A stretch of 64,000 nucleotides of DNA, taken from positions 24,490,001 to 24,554,000 of the forward strand of contig NC_043010.1 of NCBI RefSeq assembly GCF_006345805.1, written 5' to 3'. A program made the position numbers and the translations under genes. Below the pieces are notes generated by a model that saw only the letters and a program-made list of their open reading frames with translations, was not told where the DNA came from and did no database searches. Origin of the DNA: Octopus sinensis (lineage: Eukaryota). Positions 1-11,059 of this stretch are shown here, in pieces; the first letter of the stretch is position 1; the number at the start of each line of letters is the position of its first letter.

Positions 1-1680
1 GACATCAGCACGCGTCTGGAATTCCGTACAGGATGGAGTGAGGGGGATGAAACGCAGACCCCTACTGAGGACGGAGCGTTCCGCCGCAGAGAGGGGAAGA
101 TCAAGAGGAATGGTAACAACAGACGGAAGTGGAGTGGAGAAGGGGTGGATGGAATAGAAGTAGGAGGGGTGCATGGAATAGGAGTAGGAGGGGTGGTAGG
201 GCTGGTGGAGGTCTGAGGGGGAGGGATTGGGGAGGTGTGTTGGAGTTGTTAGGAGGGACAGTGGGGTTAGGTGTGGGTGGGTGGAGCCTATCAGGAGGGG
301 AGAAGGGTAGTGGAGGAGTTGGGGTAGTGGCGTTGGGTGTGATAGAATAGAGGAGTGATTGGAGTTTACGAAGTTTGGTATTGGAAAGAAATTGATGGAA
401 GAGGTGATTTAAATGGATAATGAAGCGCAACGTGTTTTGAGCATGGAAAGGCGGCAGAGAGGAGAAAAATATGGAAAAAGCAGGAGGGAGAAGGCAGTCG
501 ATGGTATGTAGTTTAGAGAGATTGGAGTGAATGGTGGCACACATAAGGCGGTAAGATGTGGTGCGGAGTATGGGTAAGATGGAAGAAGCAGAGTGGAGAG
601 CAGGGTGGAAATGGAGGCAGAAACCTTTAGGGATGAGGCGGTGATGTAGGCAGCGGCTTAGAAAAGAGACGTGGCTAGAGAAGCGGGTTTTTTTAAAAAG
701 GAGCAGAGAGAGGTTAATGGACGGCTGAAAGCAGTTTGAAGGGAGTAGGCGGAGGTAATATTTCAAACGATAGTGGATAGTAAGGAGGTGGGATTTATAA
801 TCCGGCATGGTGGAATAGCGAAAAAAAGAGAGAAAAAAAGGTGAAAAACAAACGTTCAAAAAAAAACAAAAAGCAATCGTTCGAAAAAATTAGATAAAAA
901 AAGCGGTAGGAGCAGAAAATAAAGGCGAAGAAGATGGGACAAATAGAAAAAGGAAAGAAAAGAAAGGAAGCAGAGAGAGAGAGGGAGGTAAAAAACGGGG
1001 CAAGCAGAGAAAACAGAGTATGGACATCTAGAGAAGGAAGAAACGACAGAAAGAAGGGCAAAAATACAGGAAATTGTGGAAAGTATGAAATGAATGTAAA
1101 AACATAAATAAAGATAATATATGAGAAAATAAAACGAAAGGGACAGTTTATACGAACAAGTTCAAGGTTGAAAGTTCAAGGTTAAAAATGTATAGACGTC
1201 GTGGTATATTTTAAGGATTTCACATCAATAACAAAGTCACTTTGATCCGTGAAGGAGAGATGCAGCCAGAAGGTAGGTGTCCTTAGAGGTGAAAAAATCC
1301 AATGGAGAGGTAAGAGTTGGTAGTGGTAGTGGTAGAATATAGGATAAAAGTGAAACCACGTGAGCGCGTGATATATAACGGGAAGGTTTACGAAAATAAA
1401 CAAAAGACGAAGGCAGGTGGAGTACAAATAAACAATTGTATTAGTATGGCGCTCAGGAATAGAAATAAAACAAGTCTTTTACGTTTCGAGCCTACGTTCT
1501 TCAACAGAAAGATAAACAGAAAAGAAACAAGAGAAACGAGGAGAGAAAAATATGCGTGTAGGAGCTAACGATCCAACATGGCGTTCTGATTTCAGGCAGA
1601 AGTCAGAGATCAGAAGTAAGACGTCAGAGGTCAGACGTTAGACGCTAGAGGGATAGTAGGGGAGATAAGAGGGTCAAGTG
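1..1680 (-). mobile_element. Penelope-like element, 5' part (5' region plus N-terminus of the ORF), running off the left edge
   Basis: ORF 101..859(-) contains HVSFLSRCLHHRLIPKGF, the typical PLE N-terminal FLxxCxxxxxIPKG motif. A shifted frame over 1-130 reads VVTIPLDLPLSAAERSVLSRGLRFIP, matching the PLE LSxxExxxLxxGLxFxP motif. HHR-like motif at 1475-1512. Right boundary approximate. Confidence 0.75.
1475..1512 (-). ncRNA. Minimal type I hammerhead ribozyme-like motif (degenerate)
   Basis: Minus strand reads TCTTT-CTGTTGA-A-GAAC GTAG GCTC-GAAAC-GTA-AAAGA: stem I TCTTT/AAAGA, core one change from CTGATGA, loopless palindromic stem III ACGT. Confidence 0.45.
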
Positions 1681-2011
1681 ACCGCCCCAACATGAAGGTG
1701 CGTGTGTGTATAAGAGAGTATGTATGTGGTGTGAAAGAGGGCTGGTGGTCTGGACGTGTGTATGTATGTATGATGTGATGGGTAATGTCGTATGGTGTAG
1801 TGCAGTGTGGTGTGATGTTGTGGGGAGGTGGGGACGTGGGGTGTTGTGGGGAGGTGGGGGAGGTGGGGGCGAGAGTGGGGGAAGCCCATGTGGAGTGTGG
1901 GTTCAGCTGGGGGTTAGGGTAGAGTTGGGGTTGTGGGGAGAGTGAGAGGGGGAGAGAAGAGAGAGGGGAGAGAAGAGAGAGGAGTGGAGGAGGGGGAAGG
2001 GGGAGAGGAGA

Positions 2012-2046
<35 letters not shown>

Positions 2047-2094
2047 ATGTGTATATATATATATATATATATATACGTTAGTATTGTGATTTTG

Positions 2095-2285
2095 TGTCTG
2101 TTTCTTCTCACCATCTCTTGACGTCTTGACAACCGGTGTTGTAACCTAGCGATTCGGCAAAAGAGGCTGAAGAAATACTGGGCCTTGCAAAAAAAAAACA
2201 ATACTGAGGTTTGGTTCGTTGGACTAAAATTCATAGAGATGGTCTCCAGCATGGCAGCAATCTAACGACTGAAACAAATAAAGGA
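2095..2285 (+). mobile_element. SINE family A, 3' half
   Basis: cttgacaaccggtg...taacctagcgattcggcaaaagag...ctccagcatggcagcaatctaacgactgaaacaaataaagg matches the SINE tails at 9870, 14225, 21130, 25743 and 35115. Confidence 0.7.
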
Positions 2286-2789
2286 AATGATAAAAGGAAA
2301 AATATATAAAATATATATATTAATATACACAGTTATATGTGAGTGAGTGAGTGAGTGTTTTGTATGTAGGCGCGTTTGTCAGTACTTATAGAAGTAAACA
2401 AAATAATTGCTGAAGCTTTTCTATTATTTTATTCATCCAACTAAAAGAAAACATTTTGTATTTCGATACGTTGCAATTAGAGACTGAATCTTCTTTTTAA
2501 CTCTTCTCTCTCCATTCCATTCCGGCTCATTACCCCTTCCTCTTTACTTCGTCCGTTTCACTCTTTCTCTTTCTCTCCCTTTCTCTCTCTCTCTCTCTCC
2601 CTCTCTCTTTCTCTATCTATCTATCTATCTATCTCTTTCGCTTCTCGCTCCTCTCTCACCTTTACTGAAACTATCTGTTTAACAAACTACCATCATTCTA
2701 TGAAGGTGACTTTGCGTCATGCCATCCAGCTATATCTCTCTGCCATTCCGCCATTAATACTATAAAACACATATCCACATACACACACA

Positions 2790-3345
2790 TGTATGTATGT
2801 ATGTATGTATGTATGTATGTATGTATGTATGTATGCACGTATAGCTGATGATTGTATGTGTGTGTTTATCTCCATATTCTTATTTTCTACGTCTATGTTT
2901 TCTACGTCAATGTTTTTCTCTTTGTCAACTTATCAATGTATTTGGTAATAGCTGGTAGTAATCACTTATCTATAACTACATTCATGTCACTGTGTGCATA
3001 TATGTGTGTATGTATGTATGTATGTATGTATGTATGTATTATGTATGTATGTATGTATGTATGTATGTATGTATGTATGCACGTATAGCTGATGATTGTA
3101 TGTGTGTGTTTATCTCCATATTCTTATTTTCTACGTCTATGTTTTCTACGTCAATGTTTTTCTCTTTGTCAACTTATCAATGTATTTGGTAATAGCTGGT
3201 AGTAATCACTTATCTATAACTACATTCATGTCACTGTGTGCATATATGTGTGTATGTATGTATGTATGTATGTATGTATGTATGTATGTATGTATGTATG
3301 TATGTATGTTTGTATGTATGTATGTATGTTTGTATGTATGTATGT
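2790..3345. repeat. (TATG)n arrays bounding a tandem duplication (period 244 bp)
   Basis: The same ~175-bp segment starts cacgtatagctgatg at 2836 and at 3080, with (TATG)n between and around the copies. Confidence 0.9.
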
Positions 3346-3366
3346 ATATATACATATATATATATG

Positions 3367-3397
<31 letters not shown>

Positions 3398-5034
3398 AAC
3401 ATATACATCTATTTACATGTATGTATATATATGTACATAAATGCTTATGTGCTTACATACATTGTGTGTGTGTGTGTGTGAATGTGCGTATGTTACTATC
3501 TACATCATGTGACCGTCACTACATTCTTTTCTCTTTGGTTGAAATGATTCTTCTTGAAAAATTGCAGGTAATTTACTTCTGTAGTTAGAGGTATGTATTT
3601 TTTAACCACCTACTTAACGAAAACTTTTAGATAGAGATATCTCAATTTCATTCTATTGCGTCATTATATCCAAATATAAGAGTCTGTGGAAGAAACAGAG
3701 AAACATAGCGAGACAGACAGACAGACAGACAGAAAAAGTATACGTGTGTTTCTTCCACAGGCCTGGTACCGTAGTTTTGGTAAGAATGGTTTACTTTTGT
3801 CAATACAAACAAGAACACACACAAAACGATGAGTTTCAAATGTTGGCACAAGGTTAGCAATTTCAGGTGAGAGAGAAGTCTATTATATTGATTCCAGGGT
3901 CAAACTAGAGGGTTTCACCCGAGCAAAAAAAATAGTATAATACTTGTAAAACAACTTGCTGTAAACGAACATGAAAAAAATGCTTTACATTCCAACCGGA
4001 ATCTCCAAAACATTGCCCCTTACATCTCATTCTCATTTCATTACCACGACAGGTAAATAAAATGACAATGGAAGATGGTAACAGATATTTACCACATGCT
4101 ACCTTGTCAAGTGAAATATATTGTCATCCACTTCACCTCTAACCTTCCTAGCGTACGGAGAGTTCAAATGACCCCACACCACTATAGCACCACTGATATC
4201 TTTCTTCATCCTTCTAGCTGTCTTCTTTCTTATAAATACCACAAAATTCATGCCTTGGCAAACAACATTCGGAACGCAATTCACAATCCCTGTCTCCTTT
4301 CCTCTGATCATTTCTCTCGTCTTCTCTTTCACATATTTGCTCTATCAAAGCACATTCAACTAAAGCACATTCATTCATTTCGCTGAATTCGGTACGTAAC
4401 CTTTTTCATTTGTAGATTGCACAATTTCCCTAAATGCAACCGCACGCGTTTCACTAAGGAAATATGAAACATTTCACTGCTATTTCTAGCATGCGCTGCT
4501 ACAACGCATTACAATTTACCAATGTTTTTTTGCTTCTTCCTTAATGCGGGCCTGCAGACCTACCAACTTACTTAAACCATTCCTACACTCGCATACTGCA
4601 TCAACATCAGTTTCTGCCCCCACGAGCACCACTAAACAAAGCGAAGCAATTCATCCAATTGCTTTTTCATTAACCCTTTCCCTATCCAGTCTATACGACA
4701 GAGCAGCCATGCATTGACAAACAACACCCAAAATTCATGTCCACACAAACCACAACATACCCAACGCAATTCATAATCACTTTCTCCGTTGCTCTTACCA
4801 TTCCACTCGCTTTGCCTTTCACAACTGTTTCCATTTTCATTTTAATGTCATAACACTAACATCATCTTATTTTACACATTTACCTTTTTACCTTTCTACT
4901 ACCAGTTCAGTATTACCGCAGCAGCTGCAAGTTTGCAACTTATCTACACTTACATACTAACCCTTCAATTAATATTTAATACTTAAGAGTGTATCTCACG
5001 GCGTTTCATCATGCTTATTTTGGATCATGCCCCG

Positions 5035-5760
5035 AAAGCTGCAAGATCATCAGCAAGGAGGGCAAATGAATCGTCAGTGGAACCTGACATTAGACGATCA
5101 CAAAATGCTGAACGTACAGCCGCTTCAAGAGCACTCCAAACAGATGGCCAGTGTACAGGAAAACTCGTCGCTCACTGCATTCTTCAAGTTTGTCAAGTTG
5201 ATCCATTTTCTCAAACCTTGCTCTATCCACAGATTCCATCGTACTACACTTGGAATGGAAATAGATGGGCCCCAAGGAAAGCAGGTCAAAGTGTTCATGG
5301 GTACCCTGGCATTAAGTTTGACACTTGTCTTGGGTGAGTATACACAGTGCATCCCACTCAACAAGAGTGCTTCTACCTCCGTCTAACTACTGCATGAGGT
5401 CAAAGGGCCAACGTGTTTCCAGGCCTTAAAAACCGTTCATGGACATGTCTGCACAACATACTAGAAGCCTGCTATCGACACGGTCTGTTAGAAGATGGTG
5501 CACAATGGGATTCAACTTTGGGAGAGGCTGCTTTATCAGAATTACCTATAAGTCTTAGTACACTATTTGCAGTATTACTACAGACATGCAAACTGTGTGG
5601 TCCAGCCACTCTATGGTTCAAATACGGAGACAACCTGGCTGAAGACTTTAAGCGGAAAGCTCAACTGCTCTATCCTGATATGGAGGGTATCAGCAACGAA
5701 TTCTACAACAAAACTCTCATTGACATTGAGTTTGACCGTATCTTATCGACCTCGAAAGGA
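5035..5760 (+). mobile_element. Helitron RepHel internal fragment (frameshifted pseudogene)
   Basis: Joined frames read LTAFF..CQVDPFSQTLLYPQIPSYYTW...LG*VYTVHPTQQECFYLR.LLHEVKGPTCFQALKTV...EACYRHGLLEDGAQWDSTLGEAA...LFAVLLQTC...PATLWFKY.DNLAEDF, the conserved region between the Helitron Rep and helicase domains. Confidence 0.85.
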
Positions 5761-5864
5761 TGAAAAACAAAGTTGTTCGCAGTGTTATTTGAACTCAGAA
5801 CGTAAAGAACAGGAAGAAATGACGTGTTAATGACTCTGCCAGCTCACCATTTTGTTTTAATAAT

Positions 5865-6065
5865 CCTTTCTATTATTGGTACAAGGCCTGAAATTTCGGA
5901 GACGGAACAAGTCGATTACATCAACCCTAGTATTCAGTTGGTACTTATTTTATCGACCCTGAAAGGATGAAAGGCAAAATCGACCTTGGTGGAATTTGAA
6001 CTCAGGACGAAATGCCGCTAAGCATTTTACCCGGCCGTCTAACAATTCTGCCAGATTGCCGCCTT
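5865..6065 (-). mobile_element. SINE family B (tRNA-derived), partial
   Basis: tatcgaccctgaaaggatgaaaggcaaaatcgaccttggtggaatttgaactc is the reverse complement of the SINE B body at 10844-11050. Confidence 0.7.
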
Positions 6066-6686
6066 AGAAGACGAATAAATAATGATTATTTTTACATCGA
6101 TACAAGAGTAGATTTTTCTAGAAGGCTGGTTCTTTGCACGTTCGCTACTGCATCGCGAACTTTATTACATCCCGCTCCCCGGATGGCTAAAAAGAAAATT
6201 CAATGCCAGCCGATTTCGAACTCAGATCACACAGGGATTTGACGAGATTCTCTTTTACAATTTAGCAGCTGACATATTGCAATTAAACAAGATAATATGA
6301 CGGAATTAAGAAAACAAACCACATCAACTTTCCCCCATAACCCTAACAAATTAATTTGATTAAGAAATATAAAAAAAATAAATAATACTAATAATGAAAA
6401 AAGAGAAGAGAGAACATGATTGTAATATTAAGAAACAGACGATAAAATAAAATAGAAATTTTATGACTGAAAATATTTAAATATAACTTTGATAATTAAA
6501 AAAGAATAGAAATTAAAGATGGATTACAAATAAGCGTGATTCTATTCAATAATAAGGGAAATAAAACTCGAAAACTAATTAATGACGCTATAAAATATGA
6601 TATTAATGTAAGAAAATGAATTAAAACTGATGTAAACCGCCTAGTTTATGCTTCACAGCATTGAAAGCATTAAACAAAATATATAC

Positions 6687-6769
<83 letters not shown>

Positions 6770-6780
6770 TGATAATAATA

Positions 6781-6999
6781 TGGGTACAAATAAACTCTAG
6801 AAACAAAGGAAGCCGTCTGGGTAAGAAGGACGGCGGATTAGAACATAAAAGTTAAACAAATGTAAAAAGGATACATTCATGAAAATGAAAGTAATGCATG
6901 CGAATGAAAGAGAGGGATAAGATCTGAAACAAAAGGAAATGTATTTCATGATAATTGCCAATATACAGTAGCAGCAACAACGACGGCGACGACGACGAC

Positions 7000-7035
<36 letters not shown>

Positions 7036-7472
7036 CGTTTCTGTAGTGGTCACGAGGGCCGTACACAAAACAAACAGCGACTATAAAAACCAGGGTCACG
7101 TGGGGTTTAACACAAAAATCGAGTAGGCAATAGAATAAGAATGACAACAAGTAAATTAAACAATAAATGTTTCCCCAAAATAGGTGGGCATTTCCTCACA
7201 GGGACAACCGAGGAAACCCCACACATCCTGGTTACTCCGACTGCCGCATCTCTTTTTCTCAACTCCTCCAGTTCATAATAATAATAATATTAATAATAAC
7301 AAACCTTTCTACTAAAGGCTCAATCCGTGAAATTTTGGGAAGGAGGTCCATTTGATGAAAGGCAAAATCGATCGTGGCAGAATTTGTACTCACGTACCGC
7401 GTGCTAACAGCTCTGCGCACTCGACCAATAATAATAATAATAATAATAATAATATAATAATAATAATAATAA

Positions 7473-7525
<53 letters not shown>

Positions 7526-8184
7526 TGATAATAATATGGGTACAAATAAACTCTAGAAACAAAGGAAGCCGTCTGGGTAAGAAGGACGGCGGATTAGAAC
7601 ATAAAAGTTAAACAAATGTAAAAAGGATACATTCATGAAAATGAAAGTAATGCATGCGAATGAAAGAGAGGGATAAGATCTGAAACAAAAGGAAATGTAT
7701 TTCATGATAATTGCCAATATACAGTAGCAGCAACAACGACGGCGACGACGACGACGACGATGATGATGATGATGATGATGTGATGATGATGATCGTTTCT
7801 GTAGTGGTCACGAGGGCCGTACACAAAACAAACAGCGACTATAAAAACCAGGGTCACGTGGGGTTTAACACAAAAATCGAGTAGGCAATAGAATAAGAAT
7901 GACAACAAGTAAATTAAACAATAAATGTTTCCCCAAAATAGGTGGGCATTTCCTCACAGGGACAACCGAGGAAACCCCACACATCCTGGTTACTCCGACT
8001 GCCGCATCTCTTTTTCTCAACTCCTCCAGTTCATAATAATAATAATATTAATAATAACAAACCTTTCTACTAAAGGCTCAATCCGTGAAATTTTGGGAAG
8101 GAGGTCCATTTGATGAAAGGCAAAATCGATCGTGGCAGAATTTGTACTCACGTACCGCGTGCTAACAGCTCTGCGCACTCGACC
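6781..8184. repeat. Tandem duplication of ~646 bp (6781-7426 and 7537-8184) bounded by (AAT)n
   Basis: Near-identical copies start tgggtacaaataaactctag and end ctctgcgcactcgacc. Visible differences lie in the internal GAC/GAT microsatellite. Confidence 0.9.
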
Positions 8185-8242
<58 letters not shown>

Positions 8243-8796
8243 GCCCTGCTGCAGTACCAGGCAGTGGTTCTCATGGTTTCTGATCTTAACTGATTGGAAG
8301 TGTTATCATGTACATTGTTTTGTCTTGGTATAAAAGATGAGCTACAGCAAATATTCTGCTCAATACCACAGATTTGCTTGTCAGTTGCTTGACCTTAATC
8401 AGTTGAGCATGTCCCTTATTGGCTGACAATATGTGCATCTCTGATCATGAGTAGAAGTAGTGGGGGAGCATCATAGCCATGTGTTGAGAGGGATTCTTTG
8501 GGGTTTGAATAATTCACCTCTGGAAACATGGGTGGTTCTTTCAACATCCTTAAACAACCCTTATTCAGGGACCGTTTGAGCGGGATGGGCTACTCAACCT
8601 GAAGAAAATTCTAACTGGGCCCCACCTGCAAGGTCATGTGCTGTCTATCTTCATATGAGATTACCATGTCGCGCACATATGGTTGTGATGCATGTGCCTG
8701 GTGTACCCTTATCAGACGGGTACTCATGATGGGTATATTGGGCTTCGTATATTTTACCCCAGTGTCACTTTGATGGCATGAACTGCTCTCTCACTC
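8243..8796 (+). mobile_element. ~555-bp non-coding element embedded in (AAT)n (family X), full copy
   Basis: Homologous to 54200-54751 (reverse), 9080-9481 and 61299-61398 (reverse). AAT repeats on both sides, no ORF of note. Strand given relative to (AAT)n. Confidence 0.8.
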
Positions 8797-8817
8797 AATA
8801 ATAATAATAATAAGGAC

Positions 8818-8877
<60 letters not shown>

Positions 8878-8879
<2 letters not shown>

Positions 8880-9000
8880 ACGAACTACTGAGTTTGGTTT
8901 AATGGCCTACCAATGAATACTATGAGTTTCTTTGCCCTATGAGTCGGGAAGACACTCGGCAAGAAATGGAAGCAAATTTGAAAGAAGAAAAAATATTTTT
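8878..9000 (+). mobile_element. 3' UTR end of R4/Dong-type LINE subfamily 2 (extreme 5' truncation)
   Basis: Reverse complement of 47865-47985, which directly follows the LRRALSM* C-terminus at 48032(-). Flanked by (AAT)n. Confidence 0.7.
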
Positions 9001-9001
9001 T

Positions 9002-9065
<64 letters not shown>

Positions 9066-9079
9066 TAATAATAATAAAT

Positions 9080-9481
9080 GGCTTGATGAAGTACCAGGCA
9101 GAGGCTCTCATGGCTTCTGTCGTTAACTGATTGGAAGTGTTATCATGTACGTTGGTATAAAAGAGGGACTACAGCAAATATTCTGTTCAATGCCACAGCT
9201 TTGCTTGTCAGTTGTTTGACCATAACCAGTTCATCTCTGATCACGAGCAGAAGTAGTGTTGAGAAGGATTCTTTGGGGTTTGAATAATTCACCTCTGGAA
9301 ACATGGGTGTTTCGTTCAACGTCCTTAAACAACCGTTATTCAGGGACCTTTTGAGCGGGATGGGTTACTCGATCTGAAGAAAATTCTAACTGGGCTCCAC
9401 CTGCAAGGTCATGTGCTGTTTATCTTGATATGAGATCACCATGTCGCGCACATATGGTTGTGATGCATGTGCCTGGTGTAC
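9080..9481 (+). mobile_element. Family X element, truncated copy
   Basis: Aligns to 8243-8706 with internal deletions and ends at ...gcatgtgcctggtgtac, followed by (AAT)n. Confidence 0.8.
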
Positions 9482-9570
<89 letters not shown>

Positions 9571-9869
9571 TAATAATAATAGTAATAATAATGATAGAAA
9601 TAATAGAAATATTAAAATAACTAAGTCTCTCTAAAATAATACTTTCCTAAATCTATCAGAGAGATTTATGCAGTAGCAGCTCGATAAAACTTAATATGAC
9701 AGTCCCATGAAAGGGAAGAATGCTACTGTTATTTAGCGCTAGGAAACATTTCCTTTGTCCTTATGTTTTCACAGTTTTAATTCATTTTCTTACGTTAATA
9801 TATATTTTATAGCATCATTAAATAATCTTCTAGTTTTATTTCCCTTATTATGGAATAAAATCATGCTTG

Positions 9870-10080
9870 TTTGTGTGTCTGTGTTTGACCCCCTCCCAAC
9901 ATCGCTTCACAACCGATGCTGGTGTGTTTACGTCCCTGTAACTTAGCAGTTCGGCAAAAGAGAGCGATAGGATAAGTACTTGTATTACAAAGAATAAGTC
10001 CTGCGGTCTATTTCCTCGACTAAAGACGGTGCTCCAGGATGGCCGCAGTCAAATGACTGAACAAGTAAAAGAGTAAAAGG
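9870..10080 (+). mobile_element. SINE family A, 3' half
   Basis: gtgtgtttacgtccctgtaacttagcagttcggcaaaagagagcgatag...acggtgctccaggatggccgcagtcaaatgactgaacaagtaaaagagtaaaag. Confidence 0.8.
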
Positions 10081-10843
10081 TTGAAAGAAATGAAAATGTC
10101 GGTGAAATGAGAGAAAAGAATATGTTGCAAAGTCTATGATAGCCTGAATGAAGCGGTCCTCCTGATGAAGGAGAAACTATTACTAGCGCCAAACAAGGTA
10201 CACCACAGACCCATGGTTACCCAGATCAAAATGGTACGAAACGTCGCCCATATGTTGCTCTCCAATCTACACCGCCTGGTTAGAGAGGTTTTATTCTCGC
10301 AGTTTTTGCCACATTCAACCATCTTTTCACCGGAAGGTAGAACATCCCTCGCCAAGGTATAAGTCGATTGTATCGACCCCAGTACTCAACTAGTACTTAT
10401 TTTATCGACCTCCAAATGATGAAAGGCAAAATTGATTCCTACGGAATCGTAGCCAAATCGTAAAGAGATGTTATTAAATATTGATTTCTCACTTCAGCGC
10501 AAGATTGTACATATAGAGAAGAAAATATAATAGGTTAGCTCGACCTTTGTACTTCACTAGCATTTTATATTATCAACCTCAGAAGTATGAAAGCAAAGTT
10601 GATTTCGGTAGGATTTGAACCCGGAACACGCAGGGGCGTAACTAAATCTCGCAAGACGTATTGAACAGTCACTCTTTTGCATGTTCTTACTTTGACACAG
10701 GTCATACACTTCGGATGAAGAGTAGATTCAATTAAAAAAACTACCTTTTGTCATTGAGTTAAGCCATGCATAATGTTTCTTTCTGGCTCGTGACGCTCGT
10801 AAATAATGAGTAATTGTTGTTATTATTTTGATTTCAAAATTAA

Positions 10844-11050
10844 GGCGGCGAGCTGGCAGAAGCATTAGCACACCGGGCGAAATGCTTAGCAGTATTTCAT
10901 CTGCCGTTACGTTCTGGGTTCGAATTCCGCAGAGGTTGACTTCGCCTTTCATCTTTTCGGGGTCGATAAATTAAGACTTAATCCGTTTGTCTGTCCTCGT
11001 TTGTCCCCTCTGTGTTTAGCCGCTTGTGGGTAGTAAAGGAATAGGCATTT
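10844..11050 (+). mobile_element. SINE family B with tRNA-like head
   Basis: Pol III A-box-like TGGCAGAAGCATTAG near 10855 and B-box GTTCGAATTCC at 10918-10928. Body repeated at 5865, 10360 and 14583. Confidence 0.75.
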
Positions 11051-11059
11051 CATCTCTGT

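Noticed and set aside
5640-5670. CTGAAGA...GAAAG
   Set aside because: Lies inside Helitron coding sequence and has no supporting stems.
10161-10185. CTGATGAAGGAGAAAC
   Set aside because: No stem II, stem III or NUH triplet can be formed.
10844-10930. tRNA gene
   Set aside because: The A/B boxes belong to SINE heads; there is no complete cloverleaf and they run into repeated SINE bodies.
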